From assembly GCA_976226885.1 (NCBI GenBank), contig CDNGLT010000002.1, positions 1,426,001 to 1,490,000 on the forward strand: a stretch of 64,000 bases of DNA, written 5' to 3'. The stretch comes from Iphione sp. A-MEVVRFRX5. Lineage: Eukaryota. The notes under the pieces were generated by a model, which did no database searches, was not told the DNA's origin, and worked only from the letters and a program-made list of their open reading frames with translations. Shown here piece after piece: positions 46,450 through 59,200 of this stretch; position 1 is the first letter of the stretch, and every line of letters begins with the position of its first letter. Both the position numbers and the translations under genes were made by a program.

Positions 46450-46998
46450 ATGTTTAAGATAATTTGCACTCGGGAAAGAGCCCTGGCTGAAGGAGAGGCC
46501 CCAACATTGGATGACTGCATACCCCAATTCGCCTTACTACTATTCAGGGCACACCAGGGCATGAGGCACAAAGACATCTCAGCACAGGAGAGGCATCACC
46601 TTCTTCAACACCTGTCATACCGAGTGAATGACCCCGGTATGGCCTTCATCCAGTGGTGTCCCAACTTCTTCAACCTGGAGTCCCCCCTGCTGCAGCTCGC
46701 CCTGGTGCAGGTGCTCACCACATACCTTGAGACTAACAGGGAACCTATCCTACCCAAAAGGTTCTACCCCATGTGGGATACACTTATTATGCTGACACTG
46801 CATGAACAATGCTGCTGTGTAGCCTTTGGGCCAAGTTATAACAGAACTGCTGCGGCCGAGGCAAAAAAAACTTATCTCGCAAGGACCAAATTGAAGCCCC
46901 CACATCCTGGCATATTTGCCGATCCCAATATACTTAAAGAGGACGATGGGGATTGGGACACTGTGGCTTGGCCCCCAAGTATAGTAAAAGCCACCTAG
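46450..46998 (+). CDS. Accessory-family paralogue B1 (182 aa, intact)
   Basis: DCIP..LF..GMRH..FFNLESPLLQL..Y..REPILP.RFYPMWDTL..DDGDWDT; acceptor AG 46445-46446; AATAAA 47030. Confidence 0.82.
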   Translation: MFKIICTRERALAEGEAPTLDDCIPQFALLLFRAHQGMRHKDISAQERHHLLQHLSYRVNDPGMAFIQWCPNFFNLESPLLQLALVQVLTTYLETNREPILPKRFYPMWDTLIMLTLHEQCCCVAFGPSYNRTAAAEAKKTYLARTKLKPPHPGIFADPNILKEDDGDWDTVAWPPSIVKAT

Positions 46999-47168
46999 AG
47001 ACTACACAAGGGCTTACTATTATTGAGACAATAAAAACATTATAATTCAGACACCAACTTGTCTCCCCTCAATACAAATTCGTTGTTTTCAATTGATATG
47101 ATGCTAACCGAACAACCCTCCACCAAACTCCTAAAGAACCTTTTTGCCCTTTTAATATCTATTTAGGT

Positions 47169-47739
47169 ATGTCAGATCAGCTTAGGAAACTGCAGCGCCG
47201 GGCCTCCCAGCTATGTCAAGGCAGGGTCCCTACCCTATCAGATTGCAGGCATGAGCTTACCGCAGAACTTTTTCAGCCTAATTCGATATTTCTACCTGAC
47301 TCACCTCTCCTATGGTGACCACTCACCATACTGCATGAGCCTGCCCTCTTGGAGGGGCACGTTCTTTGACCTAGATGCCACCTTGGTTCAGCTCTCAGTG
47401 ATTAGGCTGCTACAAAACTACATGCATACACAGCAAGAACCCTGCCTACCTGCTCACTTTTACCCCTCATGAGACACTCTAGTAATGCTCACCCTTAGTG
47501 AATCTATATGGGTCTTCATACAGGATGCCTCCTTGGACCTCATACAAGAAACAGCAGTCAGGGCCGTACTACAATATCAACTCAGGTTCTCTGACCATGA
47601 TGTCTAAATCCACATGCTTACAGCCGGACTATACCCCTGTCCTGTGACAACTGAAATAGATAGTGATGACTATATGTCTACAGATAGCGAGGAAGAGGAC
47701 AATATGAGTATATCCACAGATGATGATGAATCACAGTGA
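47169..47739 (+). pseudogene. Accessory-family paralogue B2 (frameshift and stops, acidic tail)
   Basis: MSDQLRKLQRRASQLCQGRVPTLSDC..ELFQPN; FFDLDATLVQL..Y..EPCLPAHFYPS*DTL (TGA at the conserved W); acceptor AG 47165-47166; AATAAA 47871. Confidence 0.78.
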
Positions 47740-49559
47740 CATACCCACATCTTGGTGATACCGTACTGTGATAATTTACTCAGAAGCACTCCTGATCAAT
47801 TACAGAGCAGAACTTATCAGGTTTCAGTAAAAAGATACTATACTGAGGACAGTTACTCAATGCAGTCAATAATAAAAAGGAATCCTTAAAATTGTGTTTT
47901 TCCCTTATCTCTATCTTAGACGGTTGCAATAGCAGAAAGTATTGAGTATTCCCATTACAGCCATAATCTACAGCAAAATTAAAATCTATAATTACAATGT
48001 TCTTGACTAATATTTACACAAGTAGTATATACCATTTAAACTAAGGAAAACAAACACAGGACCTTAAATTTCTATCACTTTTAATAAATTAGCACATAGT
48101 ATAGCAGTTACAGTAATAAGGCCAATGTCACTTCTAAAAGGATTAACTCCTGGGACACACACCTCTACACTCTACTTGAGTAAATAACTACTTGACACAC
48201 CCTCCAGGGCTTCCAGAATACAAAAATCTGACAGAAGCGACCCTCCTAGTCATGTTTCGGCTTCTGAGCACATGCCTTGCCCTCTGCGGGCCCAACCTCT
48301 CCTGGGGTCGGAGACTGCAGGCGACTTAGGTTTGTCAGCACATGCTCCCCCGTCGCGCAGCCCACTGCATACACGCTCATAGACTGAATGGCAGCTGGCC
48401 TCTCCTCGCATATGACAAGAATACCTGAAAAATATATGGACAAAAACAAAAAAAGGAGACACGGTCAGAATAATCAATCAGCACTGAGTGGATGCACACA
48501 TGATAGACCATGACAAAAAAAAAAAAAACCCACACTATAGACAAGCGCATTGGAAAGGAACTGCATCTGCCACCATCCCACACATGCGAACCCATGCTCT
48601 ACTCACTCTCAAGCGGCACCTCTCCTCTGATAGTATCCCTTCGGAGTACAACCCGCAGCCCAGCAACAATCCTCCTCAGGAAATTGATGATCCCGGTACA
48701 GCTTGGGCACCAGCCTGGACTAAAATACTCCCTCACGGACATTATCTCTCCTCTTTTTCTGTCAGAACCACACTAGACAACCTCCACACACTTCTGCTGT
48801 TTAACCCTATGTGGTCAAAATCACGTCCAGTTCATGCACTGGCCAGCTCACAGCTGCCACGTAAACCCCTGACACTTCACCCGAACAGGTGCTGGATGTT
48901 TTCTCATCAATTACTCAGTAGTAAACACGTTCTACAGACTCCTACTAAAAAGGTTATTCATTAGCCCCTGCAATCGATATAAAACATTTCTTGTTTATAC
49001 CAAAATGGTTCCCACCCGGCCACTCTAACAACCTTGCGCGATGAGCCCCACATGTCAGGTAGTGCCCTCTCGACACTCGGACGTCTCTCTCCCTCAACCC
49101 CTCTATCAATAAGCCCAACAACTCCACTATCTGGAAATCTGTATCACACAAAGTAGGATAGACTACAGGGATAGCATCTAGCTTTCAACCAGTGCTCCTC
49201 AACCGGATACCATGACTGAACAAAAGCATATACATATATCATAACAAAACATCTGCATTATTCACACCTAACCTGTCAGTGTACACTCACTCCTGATGCT
49301 CACGGCCCTGGCTCTGCTTCTCCTTGATCGGGCTAGTCGGATTTGTTGGCACTCTACACTCCTGTCAATGGCTGGCGAGGTATGCCCAGGATAGTGTCCA
49401 ACCTAAAAACAGTAGGATGATAGTAGGGATTACATCAGTCTCTTGGTTTTTACATAATCATACATATGCTCTAGATACACAACATGCACAGTATTTAACC
49501 AACTACTTACACAATCAGTTCTCTACACATATACCCAAACACCCACCTTGACACTTTTT

Positions 49560-50520
49560 GATAGTAGGTGACATAAAAATTCATAAATCTCCAGTTCTAA
49601 TTGTCCAATTTACATGCAACAAATGCCAAAAGAAAGCTCATACCCTCAGCTCTTCAATGATACCATCATCTCTTCTCTAGCATGAACCCTTCCCATAAGC
49701 AAATGGCAAAACGTCGATTGCATTCCGTCACATTCTAATGAGAATAAGTGGAAATGGTTGTGCCAGCTGACACTCTAACACTGGGTGTACATAAAAATTC
49801 ATATCTCCAGTTTTAATTGTTGTATTGACATGCAGAAGCCACCAAATAAAAGCTTAGATCCTTACCTTTCCACTGGTACCATTATCTAGTTTATAGGAGT
49901 AATATCTAATGGAGAAATTTGCAAAAACTTCGAATCACAATTGGCTGAAATTCGAATGACACCGACTTGTCACTTTTGACAGAAGGGTATCAACATGCAA
50001 CGACCACCAAAAGAAAGCTTATCACCTGCTCTTTCCAGTGGTGGGATCAGCTAGCCTGTAAAATGATAATTTCATACCGAACGGACAAAAAACATCTGCC
50101 GAAATTTGAATGTCTATTCCCTCTGTCACTCTGACACTGGGTGTATAGAAACATTCCTATCTCTGGTTCTATTCATCGTATCAACATGCTACAACCACCA
50201 AAAGATAGCCCAGAGTCTCACCATTCCAAATATACCATCATTTAGTCTCTAAGATGGATATCTCATAATGCAATTAATAAAAAACTTCGAATTGCGATCG
50301 ACCAAAGATTTGAATGCCTACTCATTCTGTCACCCTGATACTGGGCGTATAGAAAAATTTATATCTCCGGTTCTAATGATCGGATTTACATGCAACAACC
50401 ACCAAGAGAGAGCTCAGAGTCTGACCTTTTTGCTGATACCATTATTTAGTCTATAGGATGAATATCTGGTAGCAAATATTGCAAAAAACACCAACTCACA
50501 ATTTGTCAAACTACGCCTAT
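49560..50520. repeat. Degenerate ~204-220-bp tandem repeat, ~5 copies, in B accessory region
   Basis: Recurrent atctc(c/t)(a/g)gtt..acatgc..ccacca..agc blocks near 49580, 49800, 49990, 50150, 50350. Confidence 0.7.
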
Positions 50521-52909
50521 TATCACCCACCCTGGGCTGACACTGACGTCCAGCAAAAAGTAAACACATCAAAAGGACATTTTAGCAGTGACACTCACCT
50601 TCCATACTTTATCTTCTCCTTCTCAAATATGTTTCTGAAGATATGCATCCATGGGAGCCTTTTAGATGCCTTCGTTTCCTTTAAAAACAGGATTTTATGC
50701 TAGCACACACCAGCCTCGGCGGCAGACAGCAGTCTGGGTTAGACTTGCAACCCCACTCCCTCCCCAGTGAAGATCCAAATGGCCATTGTATCGACCACGT
50801 CAGGTTCCCCGATAGCTCTCTCTCAGGTTAACCAGGCCATATACATCCCTTTCACCCTGCTATCAGGAGAACTGGCCTGACTAGGCCACTCCCTCGAACT
50901 GACCGCTAATATCAGATCAGGTAACCCGTTCTCCTGCCATATTAAGAGCTCTGCACATCGAGTCTCACCCTGCTTGCCTCAACCGTGCATCCCTTGGTTT
51001 AACTGACCCCATCGGGGCACCACTCCTCTAGCACTGTATCCTTGCACTATTTCTGGAACTGCTCTTCACAACACCTTATCCATGGCATCTTTTTTTCTCA
51101 TGTGCACTTGGTGCTGGCCAATCAAATAATACTTCACCTGGAATTAATTACATGCCTCTTAATACTTCACACATATCTAGAAGGATAAATAGCATTTCAT
51201 GCAAGACAGACAAAAACTTTTCATGATAGGCTAGTAGTGGGTCTATGGTTGAGTCAGTAGGTGCGTGGCGAGCACCATGCAGGATGGCAGTCCTGAGAAA
51301 CCTAGACTTGCCACTACACTCCTCCTACTTGATAATAATGTTCCACTACACAAAAAGGTTTTTTTTTGCCTTGGCTATATACTTAAAGCATTTTGCCAGT
51401 CCTACAAATCATACCCATGCAAATTCCACTGCTGAAGGCACCAGAACTTTCAGACTTAGAGATTATCATCTTTGCTACATATTCTTTAACACAGGGACTT
51501 ATGCTAGTCTACCCCAGGAACATACCAGTCGTGAGGTGCCGGGATGCTCACCCCAGCTGACCCTCCCCTCATTGGCAACAACGTAACTCTTTCTGTTTGA
51601 TCCAACACTGCACCCCTAATTAGGACTCGCCTCTTCAAGATGCTGCCGAAGATACCCCCCGCCTTATAAAGAGATGGTTAATCAGATGGACCACCCTCTG
51701 AGTAGCATAAAAACAGGCCCTGCCAAACCCTTCAACCGCTCTTCTGTGCCAGCCCATAGGGACGTCGGATCAACCAGCACCCAGTCACTTTCTCAGTCCA
51801 TCAGATCACTCAGCACCAACTGACCTTATCTGAAGAACTGATCGTGATCACTCATCTCTCTGTACTCAGTGAGATACACCTGACAGATATCAAAGGTCTG
51901 CGCCAAGTCAATTTACTGCATCACATATACCAACCATCATTAAGCACACACACTACCAGTTAATTTTTCTGAAGATTGAATCTTGGACCCCTGAAGAGTA
52001 CTCTGACTGACCCGTGTCAGACTCAATCAGGATCTAACCACTATAGACAATCACTTTCCAAGGGACCTATCTCTCAAGGCAGATTCCCCTGGATCCCATC
52101 TCATTGCATCATGGACGCAAGGTAAGCCATCTATTACATACATATCTTGATCTTTTGAAAAGTCCTGTGGATTTTATCATGGCCCCCCTCCCAGACACCT
52201 TAGGCCCACATATTATACTGCTAAACACTGCAGACTATCCCTACCACATTCTCTTTCCCTACAAAATGACCATTAAGTCACACGCTTCAGCTACATCCAT
52301 TTTGATCAATGCTCCAACTGAAATGTTACACCCTCCTAACCATGTTACAACACATCTGTCTGTCAGTCCGTCTATTTGTCTCTCTCCTCTTCTTTCCTAC
52401 AAATTCACTCTAGCAAAATGCAGTACTGACTCCTGCTCCTCTTCAACCTTATCAGGGCCTCCTTCACTAGAAATTTCTGACAATTCATACATCCTCCATG
52501 AATTCTCTTCCCTCCTGCAACTACGTAAAGTTCCACAGCTACCCTTTTCCAACTGTTTTTGATTCCCTTTTGGGGACACTCACACATAAAAACATTGCTG
52601 CTATGGACGTTGTGCAAGACTCTTCACACATTTTTCTACCATTATCCACAGTTTACAAGTCACCCTCAAAAAAAAAAAAAAAAAAAAAAAATATTCAAGG
52701 CAATCTGAATTCCCTTCTCTCCCCTTCTTCCCCAACTGCACTCCAACTGCTCCTGTCACCCACATTTCTCCAATAGTGGCTGCATATTCTATTCACCTTT
52801 TTATCACTATCCCTTCCCCATCCACATTAGCTTTTTGTCCTTCAATTTACCTTATGTCAGATGCTTTTCTGGTCACTAATAAAGTTTTCTCTTTCCCCTT
52901 CTACACCAG

Positions 52910-54396
52910 ATTCAACCTGTCTCAAGCATTCGCCACTGCTCTGTTCAGCGAATTTGGGCGCTTCCTCAGCTCCCAAGGTGAACTCCCTCTGACGAATGCA
53001 GCCATTCAGGACGATGAACACGTCCCCTCGATGTCTACTGGCTGGACACACCATAACCGGGGACTGACACCTACCCTGCGAGATCCTCGCCTATTCGGAA
53101 CCCTGACCTCGGCAGACCAGCCAGTGTTACCACTGCCGGGCTTCGAGGCTGTCGGGGTGCCAGCCTTCCAGGGCCAAGCTTTGGGCCCTTTCTGCACCCC
53201 AACAACTTGCCCCCATGGCCTCGGATATGAGAGGTGCCAACAGCCCGTCCCCTTATCACGCATGGCTCAACTACCAGCTCCTGCCTGCCCTCCATCTGCA
53301 TCACACACTACAGGTCCCGTGACCACCTACTCTTCACCAGCAACTGCCCTTTTGCCCCCAATGGAGCCCGACACCCCGCAGGACCAGCCCAGGCCTGAAT
53401 CCCCCACAACCCTTCCTTGTCCCGCCCCACCGACCCTGTTGACCACCCCGTCTGTCCCCACCCCAAGGCTTCCATCTTCTCCTGATGCCTCGCAAGTCCT
53501 ACGCACCCCATCACCACCCTCGGCAGATGTGAACCCCCCTGCCCTGGCCGGATTGCCTGACTGCTCCACCCCCCTATCAACCCCACCGGCTTCACCATTC
53601 GTGGACACACCCTCCGTGGCTTCACCTCCTGCTTCCTCATGTCCTCCACCCATGTCTCCGGCTTCTCCTGCCCCATCTCCTCACTACCCCCCCTCTGCCG
53701 CATCCTCCCCCCCCTCATCCTCCCTCACCTGCTCACTCTCCTTCTCCTTCTGAAGAGGACTACATACTACCCCTCTCCTACCAACCAGGATATTACTTCA
53801 CCAACTCCCTCCCATCCGACCCCATAGGTTTTAGGAATGCGGAGATGGAATGCATCTTCTCACTGGCGTTCCCTGAGCGTCAATACTCCCATGAGGAGGC
53901 GCAGGCAGCATATCGTGGGCATGTTGGCCACAAGATGCGCCGCCGTGGCATCTGCCGCCATTGTGAGCACCTCCACTACTCTACTGACCCCTGCCTTCCC
54001 CCCACCTCCCAACCCTCTATCCAGTGGAAAGGTCTACGAAAGTCCTTCACCACTGATGCCTGCCACCGCGTCACCCTCAGACGCAAAGCTCGGAACTCTG
54101 CCCTCTTCAGAGATGCGCTAACACACAAGACCCCAAACCTGGCTAACTCTATCTCCTTCAATATCTACTCCCCCAAGGTTGCCTCCCAGACCGGTGAAAT
54201 GCTCACAACATACCTCCGTGACCCTTTTACCCCACCTCTCCCAGCAAGTGAGGTGCCCCTCTGGGACTACCTGTGCATGCTTGCCCTGCCGGCTCAAAGC
54301 CATCACTTGGGGCCATTGCGGGACTACCGTGCAGCCCAACAAGCCCTTGAGGAAGCAGCATCTCGAACCATATTTGGGCTAGAAAAAGACCTGTAG
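52910..54396 (+). pseudogene. Pre-env accessory gene of B (P/S/T-rich, CxxC-H-C, family domain); frameshift near 53710
   Basis: YQPGYYFTN..CIF..CRHCEHLH..C..WDYLCMLAL.AQSHH..EEAASRTIFGLEKDL aligns with A 1102-1722; 5' end approximate. Confidence 0.75.
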
Positions 54397-54649
54397 CCCT
54401 GAACAGCATAGATTTTTCATCATTTTGTGTTTCTTTGGCTAAATAAAACGTCAACAATTTTTACACTGCCTTCCGTGTTGCTCCTTTCATTGGGAGTTCA
54501 GTGGTAGAACTCAAGTTTTTAGTGCTTGGGAGGGATATGTACATTTAAAAGCCTAACACTTCAATAAACACACACATAAAAAGAAAAATAAAAAGGGGTA
54601 ATAATTGAAAGTAAGTTAAAACCCTGCCTACCTATCATTGCAGGTCGGC

Positions 54650-56810
54650 ATGGATACAACCCTCCTGCTCCTACTTATCACCATAGTGCCCATGGCATAA
54701 TCCACACACATACTGAGACAGAATTTTGGAGTCCTTTCTTTTTGTGATCCCAAGACCAACATCCCTCAAGACCAGCAATAAAGCCAAACCACTCCAGGAA
54801 GAACTCCCATGTGCTTGGCGAGGGGCATGCCCCTGCCTGGGAGCCTTCATCCACAGAACCCAACTCCTTTATGAAGGAGTCTTTCAGGAAGTAGTTGAGG
54901 AGGACCTTCAACTCAATAAACTTCTAGCTAAACCAACCTCAGAATCAGTGGGAAGAAGACCAAGAGCATGGTTTGGCTTCCTTGGATCAGCCTCTAAGGC
55001 ACTATTTGGAACTGCAACCATGGATGACATACATGAACTGTCTAAACATATTGACACTTTATCTGCATCAATAGACCCATCACAGATCAAAGCCCTACAA
55101 ACACAGTTAGCAAATTTGTCAAATCAAACTTCAGTCACAATGCATGCAGTAATTCGACAAGTAAGCCGTCATGATAAAGCCATAGGAGATATTATACAGC
55201 AAACAGATCAGTTGTCCAGGCAGGCCACCTATATCCTTGAGAACCAGACCCATCTAATTGATGTCGGCTTCAAAGCCCAAAATTACATTGCTGCCCTTAT
55301 ACTCAAAATCACCTACCTCCAGAAAGTTAGAGATCAATACCTACACTACCGACTCGCAATAAATGATCTACGCATAGGCCGTTTACCAGGAAATCTGATC
55401 AGCCCAGAGCAAATAGCCCAGGGCCTTACTAAGGTCAGTATGGGACTTCGGGGACACCATCAAGTAATGATAACAGACCCAGGATTTTATTATGAACACG
55501 CCCTCACAAAATTCATGTATTCAGCAAGATATCTTTTTCTGCATGTATCAGTCCCAGTAGGCCCTGCTGCCAACCAACACGACTTATATCGCATACATAC
55601 ATTCAGCACACCTTTCTCCACAACTGCCACACACGGTTACACCAAAATACAACACATGCCTGCCTATGTAGCTGTATCCCCCTACCAGGCCTCTTTTATG
55701 GAAATGACAGCCCATGAAGTAACACTCTGTCAGGGACATGACATTTTGACTTGTAAAACTTTACCACCTCTCAATAGAAAGCCACTACATACCTGTTCTA
55801 TGGCCTTATTCCATAACAGACATGACCTCATGCAGCACCTGTGCCAGTTCACTGTGCATCCAAACTCTACCATGACTCCGTACCTCAGACGACTCAATGA
55901 TATAGCCCTTATTTCAGCAGGAACTCATCCTGTATCAATCATTTGCTCAGGGAAGATTGAGGCCATCCATTGTCCCCTCTGTACCTATAAACCACCCTGC
56001 AATTGTACCCTGAGGGTAGGACCATACGATATGCCCCCATCAGGCTTCTGTGATTATACTCAGGCCCTAATGCCTGTACATGGTATTAATCTAGCAGTAG
56101 CCACAGCATTTAACATGTCTCTCCCAAATTTCACTGCCTCTGCTACCTTTAACGACTCCTTTTTCTTCAATATACCACTACACAGAGCTGCTTCGTTTAA
56201 CTTGTCCCAGTCATTGCCTAAAGATACAGGTGTCGACCTTGCCAGGGTTGCCTCACAGATAGATCAAGCCCGTAAGAACATGATTAAACGTGAAGAGGAA
56301 ATGCCACACTGGCCCACCTGGCTCGCAAGCCAGGCCAGAACAGTAGCCACACTGGTCATTTGGATATGGAACTCAATCCATTCAGCCATAACCATAATCC
56401 TTCTGCTATTTGTTATTCACCTACTCACAAAAGTAAATAAGCTGGCATTTTCCCTAGCACTAACCCAGGTGACTGAATCTGCCCCTGTACTACTAGGACC
56501 GACTATCCAGCCGACCACCAACCAAACACCAGAAATACAGATAACCTTGAGTCATGTAGACTCTGTCCAGATAGCAGCTAGTGTCTTGTTCTGTGTGTGG
56601 GTTCTCTGCAGGCTTCTTCAGGCCATTCTCAGATGCTGCAAACATAAATCCACAGAAACAGGCCCTGTGCCATCACCCCCAGGCTTTCAAATTCTCTCGA
56701 AGGTAGGATCCCCTAGAGACCATACCACACTTCTCCATGAATTTAGGACGAACGCCCTTCCAACAACCACCTTCCTGGTTCCCAAGGTAGTTACAATGGG
56801 GGTGGAATGA
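54650..56810 (+). pseudogene. env: env of B, F-type fusion glycoprotein; signal region frameshifted and internally deleted
   Basis: ATG 54650 MDTTLLLLLITIV; ILRQNFGV in another frame and ~17 codons missing relative to A; 694-aa open body with RRPR|AWFG, Cys-rich domain and two hydrophobic segments. Confidence 0.85.
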
Positions 56811-57284
56811 CGATGCCTCTCTTGCTTTGTCCACCTCACATATTCCAACCCCTTATACCGATCTGATGCTATCTCTACTCGTAAGGTGAATCTGCCGCAG
56901 ATAATATGAGTCCCATTGTGGAAAGGGAAACATATTCAACGTCTCTTGCTAACTCTCAAAGACCTCCCGGCCCAGGCTATAATTCTTGGACAACAGGGAT
57001 GGGCACAGCCCCTCCAAAACGGACTCTACCCAAATCTCCCCATTATGCCATCTGGTCCATCCACCACTATGCAACCCTCCTCCTCTGCCAAATTCCATAA
57101 CCGACCCAAATCAGTCATGTCCTCACCTCTGGCCTACAATGACCTGCTGGCAAAACTGGACGTGAGCGAAGTTATTGAGGAACCAGCTTCTGTAGATGTG
57201 TCTCAGCCCAAGCCGAAAGCCAATAATATTGTTAAACTGTTCAACTCCCCCTATGCAGACTCAACAGAGAGAATCGCCTACAAT

Positions 57285-57600
57285 ATGGCCGATTTTCAAA
57301 GTGGCCGATGTTCAAAGTGGCCGATGTTCAAAGTGGCCGACCATGTTCTTGTATGGCCGTGTGTTTTCGCGGCCAAATCTGTCTGTTAAAATGGCATCAG
57401 TCTAAAATGGCCGTTTATGATGTTCTTATATGGCCGAGCTATTCTCTTTATATGGCCGTATTTTATTTTAAACCTCAAGTTGTCACGTGTTTTTTTATGG
57501 CCGTAAATAATTGAATGAAATGCATCGTAGACTGATTTACAGACAGATTTTCCCCTGGTAACACACGGCCATAACCGACCATGGGCGCTCATGCATAAAA
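57285..57600. repeat. Short tggccg-core repeats at the 3' end of B
   Basis: tggccgatgttcaaag-type 16-mers x3 and scattered (t/a)atggccg. Confidence 0.7.
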
Positions 57601-58469
57601 CCAATATTTATACACATTTATACACAGACATAATGATACCCAGTTTTCATTAATCATACTTATATATATACTTATATATATTTATTTATATTGGGGTATA
57701 TATTTCAAAATATTTCAATTAAATAGAGCTCATTTAAATAGAGCTCATTAAAAGTATTCCATTAAGATTTCGTGTCACTTCTCATTGTACCATAATTTTA
57801 ATTGGTATTAATAGTGGAACGTGTTCAATATAAATTGCAACAGGAGTGTGTTAATACAATATAGAGTGTTAATATGTGTTATATAGAGTGTCTATATATA
57901 TATTGATCTATATTGATCTATATATGGACAGATGGAAATATATGAAACTATATCTATAAATCTACTTCTATCTCTAAATTTCTCTAAATATATACATGGT
58001 ATATACAGAAACTTATATTGCGAATGTGAATAACACAAGACGTGTTTAATATGCACGGTTTCATTTATTTCAATGTTAACAAATAACATGTAACAGATAC
58101 AGAGCAATGGGTTGGTTAAATGCAGTGCAATGCAACCCGCACCCTCGTTAAAAACTCCCTTGGCGCGAAGCCAAGCAATGACGCTGACATGGATAACACT
58201 GGGCATGGGTGCCGGTTGGAGGCGTTCGCGTCGCTATTGATGACGCTCTGGGACAAGACCAGATCAAACAAGTGGTTACACTCCCTTAATGTATTTCATT
58301 TTCCTTTACATTTGGCCCTTCAGTACAGATTTGGTTTGACCAGTGGCCTTGGCATATGGGATAGACGGATTGATCCAGGTAGGTTTCCTTGAAAGTCGCC
58401 ATTGATGGCCTACCAGCTTCCTGTCAACTTGTCAGAGACAGAGACGCCACAGGTGGCGCCAGATTCCAT

Positions 58470-59200
58470 CTCTTGTAATTTGATCAATTCAGCCTCTTTA
58501 AAAAATTATTACATTTTTTATCACACTTAATATACTCATATGTATATTTGATCCCAAGGTTCAGCTCCATAGCTTTATACTACATTGAATTGAAAGCAAA
58601 CTTCAACACGTATAAAAATTGCTCCCTAACACAATGTCTATGCATACACAAAACACCATTCACAGACCATGACTGGAGTAGGTGCTATAAAAGCTAATCC
58701 GGTAGCAATTACAAATACGGGACAGGTCGTTTGATTTAACAGACAATGCATGTTAAATCTTACGATCTCTCCCTATTCAACTTGTAATTCCACGACTGGA
58801 GTCGGTGCCTTAAAAGCTAATCCGGTGGCAAAGGATGGATCGTTTGATCTAACATTTTGGTATTAATTGGTGAATCAGAGTTGTTCCTATTCCTTCTCAC
58901 ATCTCCATGAAGAGACCTGCCAAAATGACCAGTCACCACGCTGCTTTGGCAATTGGCTCTATAATGGGTCTACTGAAGACGTCATCTAATTTGACGTCAT
59001 CTAATTTGACGTCATTTTAATTTGATCAATTCAGCCCTCTTTAAAAAATTAGGACATTTTTTTATCACACTTAATATACTCATATGTAAAAAAAAATTAA
59101 AAGAAGAGACCTGCCAAAATGGCCAGTCACCACGCTGCTTTGGCAATTGGCTCCAAGCCAACGGAATAATGGATCATGGGTTTACTGAAGACGTCATCTG
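58470..59200. repeat. Locally duplicated blocks
   Basis: atttgatcaattcagcc..tactcatatgta at ~58478 and ~59019; aagagacctgccaaaatg..gacgtcatct at ~58910 and ~59104. Confidence 0.75.

Larger units (their letters stand above)
38860..57600 (+). mobile_element. Element B: second giant env-bearing Ty3/gypsy-type retroelement, decayed, 5' truncated
   Basis: gag, PRF site, Cys-rich-PR-RT-RH-IN, ~9 kb accessory region, env; collinear with A. Both ends approximate; no LTR pair. Confidence 0.85.

Noticed and set aside
50700-51600. Further decayed accessory-family copies (TGLTRP..DR, HPLV*L, NLDLPL)
   Set aside because: Motif spacing does not match and there are many stops; cannot be supported without an HMM search.
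57285-57600. 3' LTR of element B
   Set aside because: No matching 5' copy, TG..CA boundary or clear PPT could be found.
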